64,000 nucleotides of DNA from Octopus vulgaris (taxonomy: Eukaryota). Below the pieces are notes generated by a model, which did not search any database, had not been told where the DNA came from, and was given only the letters and a program-made list of their open reading frames with translations. The stretch is taken from assembly GCA_951406725.2 (NCBI GenBank), contig OX597831.1, positions 34,348,001 to 34,412,000 on the forward strand, written 5' to 3'. Of this stretch, positions 13,672 to 27,312 are shown one piece after another. Within the stretch, counting starts at the first letter, position 1. Every line of letters begins with the position of its first letter. Made by a program: the position numbers and the translations under genes.

Positions 13672-14236
13672 TTCAGTAGTCATATTTTCATCACATGCTT
13701 TCACTGCACTACCGGGCGCAGTTCTGTGGGCCTTGAGTATGTACTGTGGTTTGTTGCGAAGCTCTTATTTATTGTTACTGTATTGAAGGTGTTTTTCGTA
13801 GGATGTGTTGGGTGCGTAGTAATGCTATTTTCTGTATGTTATATATATTTGTTAGTTCTGGTGTTTTCGTTATGTATTTGTCTGAATATTTTTTTATCAT
13901 ACTTAATGCGCCCTGTATGATAGGAATTGTCTCTGTTTTTAGACTCCTCATTTGAGTAACCTCTACTTCCAGGTTTTTGTATTTTGAAGTTTCTCCATTT
14001 CTTTCAGAGAAACGTTGTCATCTGTTGGTATTGATACATCAACTAGAAAGCATTTTTTTTCTGCATGTGCTCTGACAACGATATCTGGCCTATTTCCTTA
14101 ATTTCTCTATCTGTGTGTGTTGGCATATCCCATAGTATTGTTGCTTTCTCACTTTTTGTGACCTTTTCTGACGTGTGCCTATGCCATCTTATTTCTATTG
14201 TTATTCCATAGTGCTGGCATAGCTTCCAGTGTAGCA
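13672..14236 (-). mobile_element. 5'-truncated R4/Dong-type non-LTR retrotransposon (restriction-like endonuclease domain) in (TAA)n
   Basis: Translation HWKLCQHYG...KATILWDMPTHTDREIK, then after frameshifts RPDIVV, VDVSIPTDDNVSLKEMEKL and TETIPIIQGALS, matching the PD..D RLE domain; (TAA)n on both flanks. Confidence 0.85.
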
Positions 14237-14269
14237 TTATTATTATTATTATCATTATTAGTTATATTC

Positions 14270-14836
14270 TTTTCTACTGTAGGCACAAGGCCCGAAATTT
14301 GGGGGGAGAGGACCAGTCGATTAGATCGACCCATGTACGCAACAATTACTTCATTTATCGACCTCGAAAAGAAGAAAGGCAAAGTCGACCTCGGTGGAAT
14401 TTGAACTCAGAATGTAGCAACATACGTAATACCTATTTCTTTACTACCCACAAGGGGATAAACACAGAGGGGACAAACAAGAACAGACAGACGGTTTAAG
14501 TCGATTATATCGACCCCAGTGCGTAACTGGTACTTATTTTATCGACCCCGAAAGGATAAAAGGCAAAGTCGACCTCGGCGGAATTTGAACTCATAACGTA
14601 GCGGTAGACGAAATACCTATTTTTTTACTACCCACAAGGGGCTAAACACAGAGAAGACAAACAAGGACAGACAAACGGATTAAGTCGATTATATCGACTC
14701 CATTGTGTAACTGGTACTTATTTAATCAACCCCGAAAGTCGACCTCGGCGGAATTTGAACTCAGAACCTAACGGCAGACGAAATACGGCTACGCATTTCG
14801 CCCGGCGTGCTAACGTTTCTGCCAGCTCACCGCCTT
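14270..14836 (-). mobile_element. SINE family A, three-unit multimer with an alternative terminal tail
   Basis: Junction aatacctattt at ~14428 and ~14612; the last unit has the taggcacaaggcccgaaatttgggg tail. Confidence 0.9.
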
Positions 14837-15534
14837 ATACTACAAGTTATACTACAAGTTATAGTACGACGAACACGGTTTTTACTGCTAAAAATCTCGA
14901 ACGTTACAAAGTTCCACTCAATTTTGCCAGTCATGTACGATTTTTTTAACATCTACATCTGAAGTTGGTTGAGTGAGATTCTCTTTTAAGTTAAAACTTT
15001 GGATGTTTTAATTTATATTTTAGACGTGGATTTTATGTTGAAATTATTTTTCTCTTAGAATTAAAAAAAAACTTTGAATATTGGTAGAAATTGTAGGCAT
15101 TTTATTTTTTTATTTTTTATTTTTATCAAATACTAGACACAGGTTAAAATTATGGATAATTTAATCGACTGTTTTTTCGCTGTCAGATTAAGTTAAGTTC
15201 TGAAAGTATATACCCATATACATACGCATTTAGGAACATATGTGCTAACACACATGCTTGCACACATGAGTCGCGTAATTATGTCCATTATATATATAAA
15301 TATACACATACATACATAATACATACTCACACACACTCACATGTACACACACATATACTCACACACATACATGCATAAATATATATACACGAACATGCAT
15401 ATACACATACATATATATATACACACAAACACACACACAATTGTATGATGTATACTACTGAAACAGTTTATGTACTGAATTCGCCCGAACATGGTATGTG
15501 GAATCAATAAAAAAAATATCTCATGCTTCCGATA

Positions 15535-15665
15535 ATAGCAGCACTGTGGTTGAATGACTAAAGATTTCACTTTGCGGTTGTGAGTTCTCGAGTTCAATCC
15601 GACTGAGTGACAACCTTAGCAAATCGACTTCTATAAAGTCAGATCAATCTATACTTTATGTATAC

Positions 15666-15730
<65 letters not shown>

Positions 15731-15930
15731 TTCTCCACTACCGATTGTGAACCGTTGTTGGTGTGTTTATGAGCCCGTAATGTAGCGGTTCAGCAAAAGA
15801 GCCCGATAGAATAAGTATCAGACTTAACAAAAAATAAAATAATGTGGTTAATTCATTCGACTAGAAATTCTTGAAAGCGGCGGCGCCCCACCATGGTCGC
15901 AGTCTATTGGCTGAAAGAATTAAACGATAA
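15535..15930 (+). mobile_element. SINE family B-related, diverged
   Basis: gagttcaatcc B-box and gcggttcagcaaaagagcccgatagaataagta 3' part. Confidence 0.7.
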
Positions 15931-16219
15931 AGGTTACATACGTACTACACACACACGTACATACACGTATACATAAGAAAAGGTAAGAATGGTTGCTTTA
16001 TAAATATGTTTGTGTGCTTGTGGTAACTTATATTAGAAAAACAATCTTGTATTGAACTGAATAATTACTCAATACTTTTATTAGAGTACAAGGAAAAGAG
16101 ACACTCACTTCGAAGTTTCGGCTTGTCCGTCGTAATCTTAACAATTCCCCTCATGTTATACTTGTATACTTTTGTTCATACGTATTTCTATTTTCTTTTT
16201 TTTTTATCTGTCTCTTCAG

Positions 16220-16483
16220 GTTCGACAAACTCTCCGCATGAAGTTGAAATGCTGTCAAAACTCACACAGCCGAACCACGGCCACGCGCTGTTCGAGAATC
16301 TCGTCACTGAGTTTACAAAAACAGGCGATGACCATCAACCTAGCCATGCAGCAGGAGCTACTCTACGACCAAAAACTCAACGGAACAAAGGAAATGTTTT
16401 CCATGTCAGACGATTTCAGTGCGGATAAGCAATTATCGCCGGACGAAGAAGAAACCCGCAATTTTATGGATACTGGTGTTTAG
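16220..16483 (+). CDS. Terminal coding exon, probable class B (secretin-like) GPCR helix 8 and C-tail
   Basis: Strong polypyrimidine tract ending ttcag|GTT (phase 0); 87 codons VRQTLRMKLKCC...EEETRNFMDTGV* of non-repetitive composition; CC palmitoylation-like site, S/T-rich tail and a class I PDZ-type end (TGV). Class B GPCRs have a conserved phase-0 intron at NxE|V. Upstream exons were not found in the window. Confidence 0.7.
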   Translation, partial: VRQTLRMKLKCCQNSHSRTTATRCSRISSLSLQKQAMTINLAMQQELLYDQKLNGTKEMFSMSDDFSADKQLSPDEEETRNFMDTGV

Positions 16484-16912
16484 TCTTTCAACGAGGGAAA
16501 CCGGACAGAAAAAGAGAATAGAAAAATATCTGTCGTGATGGTTTGTGTCATTGTTGTTAATGCTGTAATGGCCATGATTTGTGGTGGTGGGAGTGATTTA
16601 AAGAGGAAGAGGGTGAGAAAAAAGGAAGGTGAAAATGGTGATTGAAAAAAGAAACAATGTAAAAATGAAACAATATAACGGTGAAGAGAAAATTTTTGAT
16701 ATATGAGAACAATTTTAAAGACAAAAACGGTGAAGCTTGTTTTTTAGAATATAAAAAAAAATCAACAACAGAAAAAAAGAAACAGTAACAGAAAAAAAAA
16801 AAAATAACAACGTGGTCCTGTAGATCTGAGACTAGATTAATTCGGAAACAATAAAATGCGTCAAATTAGAATAATAATAATAATAATAATAATAAGAATA
16901 ATAATAATAATA

Positions 16913-16951
<39 letters not shown>

Positions 16952-16977
16952 ATAACAACAACAATGATGATAATAAT

Positions 16978-17088
<111 letters not shown>

Positions 17089-17518
17089 CATAATGTTGTT
17101 AGGATGGATTTATAAAAAAAAGGGAATACTTGAAACAATTTAAAATTAAAAATTTCATCAACAACAATAAAAAAAAAGGAAAATTAAATGCATTATAAAG
17201 AATTAACAAGACTTTGAGAGTAAACAATGATAAACTGGTCGGTTTATATTAAAACATCCGCAGTAGCTGAAGGGAAGGAAAAACAAAAACAAAAAGAAAA
17301 ACAACGCAGACAGAACAAGCGAATCCTCTTTATTTGGCTTATTGTGAAATAACGTGACGATATAGTTTTGTATTGGCACAGTGTCTACTTCGATTTTTTG
17401 TTCATATGTTTAATATATTATTGCGAGGCAGCCTATAGTTTGCAGGCCGAATCGGTATTGGTTGTTGTTTGCGTATATCTAAATATGTAATATATAAATA
17501 CGTATGTATCCATGTCTG

Positions 17519-17566
<48 letters not shown>

Positions 17567-17595
17567 GTTTTTATATACACAAATATGCAAATATG

Positions 17596-17646
<51 letters not shown>

Positions 17647-17730
17647 TATTATACATATATGCACACACACACACATATGTATGTATATATATATATATAT
17701 ATATATATAGACATATATATTTATACATAC

Positions 17731-17810
<80 letters not shown>

Positions 17811-17815
<5 letters not shown>

Positions 17816-17874
17816 ATCCAAACATGAAAACACAACAACGCGAGGACGTAGAACAAGTATAGTGTTATTGGACG

Positions 17875-17878
<4 letters not shown>
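17811..17878 (-). mobile_element. Family X 3' stub between (TA)n tracts
   Basis: agttaatccaaacatgaaaacacaacaacgcgaggacgtagaacaagtatagtgttattggacgctca is the reverse complement of 8065-8145. Confidence 0.8.
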
Positions 17879-17922
<44 letters not shown>

Positions 17923-18246
17923 CACATCCTCGCACGCATGCACACACACAAACACTCACACACACATACACATACACACATACACGTACATCTGGAAGGT
18001 GGAACAAAGCAGGAGAGTTTGTTCATAAGAAAATATTTAGATCATAAATATTTTTTTTATATATTTTATAAACAAACACTCTTGTGTTTTTTTGTTTTTT
18101 TTTTGTTTTCTCTATGTAGCGTCCAACAAAGGAAAATCGTACTGAAAAACTGCAATATGACTCCGCTTCACACTTTCCCTTTCGTTGTGCAGGAATACAC
18201 ACGGAATTCTAAATAATGGTTATTTTCCTTGCAGTTGGAATGCAAA

Positions 18247-18321
<75 letters not shown>

Positions 18322-18369
18322 ATTGTAATTTCTACTGTATCACGCATAGCTGTGCTGGCTGGCAGAAGA

Positions 18370-18570
18370 GACAGGTGCCACATTATGAAGTCTTTTGAAA
18401 TGGTTTTTCAATCTTCCAACTGAAAGGCACACCTTTCCACAGGTTGCACATGTTCTTTTGGGAACAATAACCGTATCACAATTTAAAAAGGTTCGATTCC
18501 TGTGAGTTCTCAAATGGTTCACTAGGCCTCCATGGCTCAAGCATTTCCTCTCACTAATCACACACATAAA
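18370..18570 (-). mobile_element. Degenerate C2H2 zinc-finger fragment, probably an RTE LINE C-terminus
   Basis: CLSHGGLVNHLRTH...CATCGKVCLSVGRLKNH; lacks TGEKP linkers and matches the terminal fingers of RTE-type ORFs. Confidence 0.5.
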
Positions 18571-18767
18571 AAGCAACATTTTATTTTGTTATTAATTCAT
18601 TTCTCTTTCCCTTTCTTTCTTTCTTTCTTTCTTCCTTCCTTCCTTAATTTCTTCCTTTCTTCATTCCTTCCTTCCTTCCTTTCTGTTCGCCTAAAAGCGG
18701 TGCACTAGTATGGTCACAGTCAAATGACTACTGAAACAAGTAAAAATAAAATACTATGCCATTTTAA

Positions 18768-18797
18768 TCCCGAGCAACGCCGGATATCTCTACTAGT
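18768..18797 (+). mobile_element. Helitron 3' end
   Basis: cccgagcaacgccgg hairpin, then atatctctaCTAG followed by t. Confidence 0.65.
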
Positions 18798-19749
18798 ATA
18801 TATATTAGTATATGAAACCAGAAAGTCTATAGTTCATGGTAATGCGCGTTTTCTATAGAAAAGAAATTTCTATTAGCAATCTGACCAATGGAGAGCACAA
18901 TCAGTTTCAGTATATCTAACGGGAAGAATGTAGGGCCTGTGAAATAAGATGTAGCCACATCTGAAATGAAAGTTTTTACCACCGATTACAATGGAGACTG
19001 CTCCAACCAGGCCGGCCTCAAGAAAATCTAAACTAAGAGCACTAGATTCCTTGGAAGAAAGCAAGCAAATGTATACGTAAACAAAGCACGAAATAAACGA
19101 AGAAATGGTACACAATTACAAATACAAACGATAGGACATTAACAACAGTTGTCTTTCGACTGAGGACGATTTAAATAAAGCTGGCGTGTGTGGAAGTGAA
19201 GCCTTACGCCAGGGACATAAGAGATAAGTCACAGGAAGAAATGTAAGAGATGCTACACTAGTGGTAGTCGAACCAAGAAAGAAAGGCCAGATCTGGTGGA
19301 ATACCGGTCACGTGGAAGGAGAGGAGAGAGGTAGGGGCAGAGGGGCTGAAGAATTAGGAAGCGACGAGAAAGAGAGAAAAAGAAAGGAAAGGAACAGAGT
19401 GAGTTATAAGGGAAAGTGAGAATGAAGGGAAGGCCAAGAAATGTGAGAGAGTAAGAGCGAGAAAAAGAAAAGTTGAAAGAACGAAGAGAGCGTGAAGGGG
19501 GTTAAAAGAAGAGTAAGAGAGTCGTACAGAATTTAGCTATATATATATATGTACTTATATATATATATACATATATATACACACATACACATATACATAC
19601 ATATGCATACACACATATATAAATACACATACACATATTATATATATATACACTTATATATAATCAAACACGCATATATATATATGTGTGTGTGTGTGTG
19701 TTTCGTATGATTCTTGATGAACAAGACTCTGTGATACATGTATATCATT

Positions 19750-20140
19750 TCCCAACCACAGGGTTCTTGGTTCAGTCCCACTGCGTGCCACCTTGGGCAT
19801 GTGTCATTTAGTATATCTTCGGGCCGATCAAAGGCTTGTGAGAGGATTTGGTAGACGGAAACTGAAAAGAAGACCGTCGTATATATATGTATATAGGTGT
19901 GTGTGTATATGTGGGTGTGTATTTATGTTTGTGCCTGTGCTTGACCCCCTCCCCCATCATCGATTGATAACCGATGCTGGTGTATTTGCATTCCTGTAAC
20001 TTAGGGGTTCGGCAAAAGAACACGATGGGATAACTACAAGACTTACAAAGAATAAGTCATCGGGTCGATTTCTTCGAGTCAAGGGCGGTGCTCAAGCATG
20101 GCAGCAGTCATAATGACAGAAACAAGTAAAAGAATAAAAC
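19750..20140 (+). mobile_element. SINE family B
   Basis: ggttcagtcccactgcgtgccaccttgggca...gaaacaagtaaaagaataaa. Confidence 0.85.
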
Positions 20141-20240
20141 AAATATATATATATAGTTGTTTTATTTAACTGTCTCTTATAAAAAATGTTCCTATGTGTG
20201 GTGACTTTTGAATCACCCTGTGCATATATATATATATATA

Positions 20241-20990
20241 TGAAAAATAGAAGTTGAAAATAACTGAGAATAATTAAGATATTTTTATTATCATATATAG
20301 AGATTCAATTTGTTTCAAATTTTACGCTGATCTTTGAAATAGAAAGATGTGGCTTACGTTGCAGCTGCTTTGCTTCTGACTAGTGCTTGAAGGTTGTCCT
20401 ATTTTTATAGGGCGTTCATATTAAGTTACAATTGTAACTAAGCATGTTAACTCAAACGTGACGGCCTTCATTCTGGGGGTAAAATGTCGGGTTTCATTTT
20501 AGGTGCAAAATATGCTACCTTGCGACACTAACACACGCGCACGTAGCGGGAAATGTACATACGTTTCTAAACTTAATCACTTGTTCATTCTTTAGAAACA
20601 CCTGACAGAAAACGTTCAGAGCATTGAATGGTTAGTACTAGACGTGTTCAGTTAGCCGTGTGGGCCTTAACGTACGACGCTACACATGGTCACTTGGTAC
20701 TAAAACCTATACGTAGAGGTGAACCTACAAAAATGTTTTAAACCAGTCATGTGACTATCCCCTACCAATTAAATCCTATTCAAAACATATACTAGCTTGA
20801 GTCATGAACTCCCTATAAAAGTAGGGCTAGCTTCAAACACTATTTAGAAGCAAGACAGCTGCGACATAAGCTACGTCTTTATATTTGAACTTTTTGAAAA
20901 TGAGTATGAACAGTGAAACCGGTTACAACTTTAAATACAATAATTAAAAATATTCTCAGTGCATTTTTAACTTCTATTTTCCTATATTTC
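20241..20990. repeat. Diverged ~200-bp inverted repeat pair, PLE pLTR-like
   Basis: 20241-20420 is an imperfect reverse complement of 20803-20990; the right arm contains ttgaaaa...gaaaccggtt. Confidence 0.6.
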
Positions 20991-21789
20991 TACACGTTTA
21001 GAATGAAATAAAATTGTTCTTTATACATTACTACACGCACACACACATATACATTTATATATGTTATACTATGTATGGATGTAAGGATGTATATGCATTT
21101 GTGGCTCCATATTTATGATATATGTATGATTCGATGTATGTACGTATATGCTTCTCTGTCCATGTATGTGTGCATGCGTGGGTGTATATATGTGCGTGTG
21201 TATATGTACATTATTGCTGTTTTTGGTTAATATTCAGTGTTCTGTGAACTCAACAGATGAAAGTACTTAGACATGTTTTTAATTTTTTCATGATTTCACT
21301 CAGACTATGGTGAAGTGCAGTCCTTTTGTTTATCCGATGGTGCTGTACTAACGCCCCATTGCCAATCGGTCTGTCATCATATACATGTGTATATACACAA
21401 TGACGAACAGGTATACATATGTAACTATATATATAAGCATCCATACAGCCATTGACAATAAGTCACGCTATCGGTGAAAAAATACGCATTGGCACAGAAA
21501 CATACACTCAGTCCAACAATATGGCATGCTGAAATGCAACGAAAAAAATTAACTGAAAATGCCAAAGTCGTAACCGAAAGACTTTAAGAACATAATCAGT
21601 GACATGGGTTTATAGTGAATGAATTTTGCAGCCAAATACAATACTGTATGTTTATATATATATATAAAGGAATACAAAAATGGGACAAGAACGCAAAACA
21701 TCCAGACAGGTAGCTGATACAAATAAAGGGACAACAAAAAATCCAGACAGATGATTGTATATATACAGTTTGTTATCTCCCCTACTTCT

Positions 21790-22009
21790 TCGCCCTCCTG
21801 TGTGACCCTTCTGTCCGGCAGTCACCATGATGGAGCACTAGCCACTACACACATTTTTTTCTCTCCTTGTATTTTTTTCCGTGTCCCTTTTTGTAGAAGA
21901 GCGTAGGCTCGAAACGTAAAAGACTTTTTCAATTCCTGATCGTTATACTAATACATCTGTTTGTTTTGTACACCACCTGTCTTCGTCTTTTGTTTTTTCC
22001 GTGAACTCT

Positions 22010-22012
<3 letters not shown>
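21790..22012 (+). mobile_element. PLE-derived family Y with degenerate hammerhead core, ending in (TA)n
   Basis: ttgtaga-agagc-gtag-gctc-gaaacgta-aaag; copies at 41645 and 62775. Confidence 0.65.
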
Positions 22013-22072
<60 letters not shown>

Positions 22073-22370
22073 TGTGTGTAAGGAAAATAGGACAAGGCAG
22101 AAAATGCTAAGATACGTTTATCACGAAGAACGTCTTAGTACCGGTTTCCGAAATTATATATATTTTAATTGTTTTTGTTCTTCATGCTTTACTTGAAAGA
22201 GCGATATATATATATTTATATGTATATATTTATATATATATATATATTTATGTGTATATATATGCATATGTTTATATGTATAAATATGTATATATTCATA
22301 TGTATGTATATATTTATATGTGTATATAATTATATTTATATGTATATATATATGTAAATATATTTTTATG

Positions 22371-22406
<36 letters not shown>

Positions 22407-22445
22407 AGTGTGTATATATATATTGGTGCCTTGATGTACCACTAA

Positions 22446-22509
<64 letters not shown>

Positions 22510-22601
22510 CATATACGTATATATTCAACTTCTGATGAAAGTAAACAGACAAAGTTTGCTGTAGAAGCGTTGACATGTATTTAAAGACACAAAAATAATT
22601 T

Positions 22602-22655
22602 ATTCTCAAACGCGTGATAATGCTATTTTATTAGCATTATCACGCGTTTGAGAAT
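22602..22655. repeat. Perfect 24-bp-arm hairpin
   Basis: attctcaaacgcgtgataatgcta - ttttat - tagcattatcacgcgtttgagaat. Confidence 0.9.
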
Positions 22656-22684
22656 CAATTATTTCTGTATCTTTCAATACATAC

Positions 22685-22737
<53 letters not shown>

Positions 22738-22879
22738 TGGAGGACGTCGCCAACTGTGCAATAATATACTAAAAGAAACAAGCTCAATACGTAAACAACG
22801 AGAGAAAAAAAGAAAACAGGACAAGTAAACACAGAGAATGGACACTCCATGAGTTTCGGCTGTTTATCTACTACTTATT

Positions 22880-22942
<63 letters not shown>

Positions 22943-23083
22943 TACATATATAAATGATTATATAAAAAGAATATATATATAAAAATACATATAAATAAAT
23001 AAATATATATATATATAAATGTACAAATAAATAAATAAATATATGTATATATGTAAAAATAAATATATATATATATAAATAAA

Positions 23084-23125
<42 letters not shown>

Positions 23126-23274
23126 CAAATTATGTGGGTTTAGTTTCCAGGTGATCTAAACGCTAGATAAGTACGGTAACGGATTACTGGGGCTTCAAGG
23201 TTATAGCCGAGGCGGTAGTTATGGATCAGTACAGAATTCCGATGCAGTGGATTTAAAATAGCTAAACAGGACAT

Positions 23275-24345
23275 CTAACATTAAGGCAAGGTAAATATCT
23301 CAAGTTATATACAATATTATAAGAAGAAATTCAAATACCTACAGCTGTGTCTGAGATATACCCGTGTATGCGATATTGCGTCATCAGAGACAACTAGGGG
23401 AAAAAAGTTGGAAAATGAGAATGATATATATCAATAAGATGACAACATAGAGGGCGGGAGTACAAAGATAAGGAGATGGAAAGAGAGAAGGAAGAAGAAG
23501 CATAAAAGTTTATAGTTCAACTTTCCGAAGTTATAGAAACCAGTGCATGAGTCCTTAGGCGCAATCCTGCATTGATCCATCAGTATAGGTCTTTAGGTGC
23601 AATCTTGCATATATCCATTTGGGTTAAATGTCTTTATATAGTAAACATCCCAACAAAAAGATGCGAACATATCAACGTTCAATAACAGAATGGTAGCGGA
23701 GGTGGCTATTAGTTGGTAAAAGGAAAGAAAAGAAAAGAAATAGAATGAGAGGTAGATAGAATAAGTTAGGGGGGATTTTAAGGATTGGGTATATGATAAA
23801 GTAAGTTGCATATATGTATGGTGTCTAAGAATTGTGCACGGTGTAGCCGAGAAGATAAGAGATAAGAGAATGAGGAGGTAGAGGAAGATAGGGTAAAAAA
23901 TAGAGCGAGATGAAAGGAGGTTAAAGAGAGTAGTAGATGTCTGGTAGTCACAAAGTCTAAAGTTGTTGGGGAGGAAATTTGGTAGTAACTGCTTGTGACC
24001 GTCCTGGCTAAGGTCAGTGGCTGTAGAGTTACTTTTAGCAATGGGGTTGTCTGCGTAGGTAGTCGAGAGGGGAAGAGCGAGTTGAATATTAAGTTATTTA
24101 TGAGGGGGGGGGGGGTAAGAGTTAGGGGATTATAGTAGGGAATTTATTGGGTTAAGGTTTAAAATAAATTAGAGAATTAATATTTATCACGTAATGTGAT
24201 GAAGTACGGTAGATATTTGTCTGTAATGATGGAATATCCCATACTCGGGATATATCCCAGACACAGCGGTAAGATTTTGAATTTCTTCCTATAATAATAT
24301 TGTATATGACTTGAGATATTTGCCTTGCCTTCATGTTTGACGCCA
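23275..24345. mobile_element. Degenerate PLE with inverted pLTR-like ends
   Basis: 23275-23400 is the imperfect reverse complement of 24215-24340; minus strand has ctgatga...gacacagctgtag, an HHR remnant. Confidence 0.55.
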
Positions 24346-24689
24346 TCTTTAACTATTATAAATGTATATACTAGCTGAGGTACCCGGTGATAAATTACTG
24401 TTAATACGATGTCTGTTTATAGCCATGAAACATTTTTCGTAAATGTTCGACATTTTTCAAAAATTTAAAATCAATATTAATGGGTAAGACCAATTTCACG
24501 AAAAAACGAGCAGTCTGGTAGCGAACCCGTGTCGTCGTCATTTTGTGCATGTGCATAAAATGGCGAAATTTTACGGTTTGGGATATATTTCATCAAAATG
24601 ATGTCACGATGGCTACTGCGCAAAATGCCTAAATTTTTCTTGAGAAATAAAATGCTGCCTGTCTCAGCTCTTACAACACTATGACTGGG

Positions 24690-25487
24690 CGCTGAAACAG
24701 CTGCTCAACCACTCAAATTTGGATGTGATATACCTCGACTTTGCAAAGGCCTTCCATAAATTCTATCATAGAATGATATGTCACGAACTGCGTGATCTCG
24801 GCATACTCGGGAAATTGGGAGAATGGCAGCATGACTTTCTGAAGGATAGAATTCATGTGGTAGTAGCCAATGGGGGCCACCTCCAATGACACGCAAATAG
24901 TGAGCGGTGTTCCGTAAGGCATTGTTTTAGGACCACTACTGTTCATAATGGCCCTCTAAGATATGCCCTCAGTCACACAGAGAGCCAGGATCACAAGTTA
25001 TGCAGATGACACAAACGTCTCATAGGTGATACAGAACCCTGAAGACGCTATGCACATGCAATTGGAGTTGGATGAAATATACGAGTGGACCGAGAAGAAT
25101 AACAGGCTGTTTAATATTGAAAAGTTTCAAGGGTTGTGCTATCAGCATGCAAAACTAAATGCAATACCACTTAAATACATTGGACCTGGATGAACTGCAA
25201 TCCCAGAGAAACACGTTGCAAAGTAGGCAATGAAATGCAGGTGGCTGAGAGGATGGATTAATTGCAGAACATGAGGCAATCCAACGAAGCTAGATGAAGA
25301 TAGCCTCTATGTAGCATGTAAACTATTGGGAAAGACTCAAGAGATTGAGACTTTATTCCCTAGAGAGTAGGTGGGAAAGATATGCCATAGTATACATCAA
25401 AAAGGTCCTGGAGGTACTTCTCCCTAACTTTGGCATCACGAGATGCACTAATGATACAACCGAGCGCCAATGCATAATGCCAAAACT

Positions 25488-25490
<3 letters not shown>
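24690..25490 (+). mobile_element. CR1-like LINE reverse-transcriptase pseudogene fragment
   Basis: DVIYLDFAKAF...VSGVP*GIVLGPLLFI...SYADDT...FNIEKFQ with in-frame stops. Confidence 0.9.
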
Positions 25491-25518
<28 letters not shown>

Positions 25519-25524
<6 letters not shown>

Positions 25525-25722
25525 TAATCCAAACAAGAAAACACAAAAAAACACAAAAAAACACAACAACGCGAGGACGTGGAACAAATATAGTATTATT
25601 GGACGCTCAGGAAAGAAGGGAAGAAGGGGGGGCTTAACGTTTCGAGCGGAGCTCTTCGTCGGAAATATAGGAGAAGGAAAGATCCCGAGAAGGGAAGACA
25701 GAGGAAAAAAATCGCCAACGGT

Positions 25723-25726
<4 letters not shown>
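25519..25726 (-). mobile_element. Family X element with hammerhead core
   Basis: Minus strand ccgacga-agagc-tcc-gctc-gaaacgtt at 25635-25662; the 3' end abuts (TA)n. Confidence 0.75.
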
Positions 25727-25795
<69 letters not shown>

Positions 25796-25796
25796 C

Positions 25797-25930
<134 letters not shown>

Positions 25931-26150
25931 ATATATATACATATATATCTACACACACACATATATATATATACATATATATAACATATGTTCATTATAT
26001 ATTTATGTGCATGTATATTATATCTGTACATATGCGTATATTTATTTATATATACATCTGTTTTTTTCTTTATGTATATTTATGCGCATTGTCATCTGTA
26101 TGGACCCGCATATGTTTAAAGATGCTTGTCTTACTCTTTCTCACTTTCTC

Positions 26151-26197
<47 letters not shown>

Positions 26198-26329
26198 TCT
26201 TTTACTCGTTTCAACCATGCACCTGCAGTCATTCTGGAGCAATATCGTGGTCTTTCTGATGTCCTCATATTGAGCTGTTGCTTCATCCGGTATTATGAAA
26301 CGGTGAATTTGTAGTTCTTTTTTTGAAGA

Positions 26330-26930
26330 AATCAGCATCCATCCTACGCAGATTTCTTAATTTTTGCAGCAGTGCATTGAAGAGCCTCTAAACCCCAGAC
26401 TATTGCACTTCCTGGTCCTGAATTTAGGTGGAGTGGATGGTACTTTTGGTGCGGTGCAATGGCGGACAGTTCTGTTATTTGTATAACACTCCATGCTGAA
26501 GTTAGGTACTAGCCCTTATAGAGCTTTCCATATGTAGGTTATTACATATCTATCGCACCTTCGCTCTAGAGAGTAAAGCTGTAGTTTTCCCAGCCTGCCC
26601 CTGCAGCTCGTCTGCAGCACTGTTTCAATCTTTTTAGTGTAGTGTAGTCTATGCGGCTGAGAACAAGGGTTCGCTACAGGGTCAACATAGTTTCTTGGTC
26701 TCTTATCTTGAAGGACCTCATTATCCATCCTGCTAGTTGTCTGCACTCTGCTGCCATCTTGGTAATGTGCATATGACATGATGCGTCATTGCACATACTG
26801 AACCCCAGGTCTTTCACCACCTGTGACTCTGGTATTGTAGTACATTCGCTTACCATATATGCAGGCTGTAGGGCATTCGTGATTAACTGTAGTGCATTCG
26901 GGAATTTCGAGAAGTGCTTGAAATTTTCCA
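26330..26930 (-). mobile_element. CR1-like LINE 3' fragment
   Basis: VKDLGF...HITKMAAECRQLAGWIMRSF and LQLYSLERRCDRYVITYIWK motifs. Confidence 0.8.
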
Positions 26931-26989
26931 GCAATATATATATATAAATCAATAAATGATGGGGTTGTGTTGACCGCACGTGGAGAAAT

Positions 26990-27312
26990 CATAGGAGAAG
27001 AAAAGTTATAAGGCAGAATGCTAAATTGAAAGTAAATTTTAATAAAAATGGGTGTATGGAAAATTCAAAAAATAAAAAATAAAAACGGTTTTCATCGCAA
27101 AGCAAATTTTCAAGATTTGAAAGGGGAAAAGAAATTTTTTTTTAAATTGAGGAACTTTTTCCACTTCCTCAATTTAAAAAAAAATTCTTTTTCCTTTTCA
27201 AATCTTGAAAATTTGCATTGCGATGAAAAGCGGTTTGATCTATTATTTTTTTTAATTTTCCATACACTTTCAATTTAGCATTCTGCTTTATTATAATTTT
27301 TCCTCTCCTATA
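26990..27312. repeat. Fold-back palindrome (~150-bp arms) with UUGAAAA-type hammerhead-like cores
   Basis: taggagaagaaaagttataaggcagaatgctaaattgaaag... mirrored by ...ctttcaatttagcattctgctttattataatttttcctctccta; centre ~27160. Confidence 0.8.

Noticed and set aside
16123-16428. Alternative-frame ORF overlapping the exon
   Set aside because: The phase-0 frame ending DTGV* fits the acceptor and the motif pattern better.
18340-18579. Host C2H2 zinc-finger gene
   Set aside because: Fingers are degenerate, lack TGEKP linkers and lack clear splice signals; a LINE C-terminus fits better.
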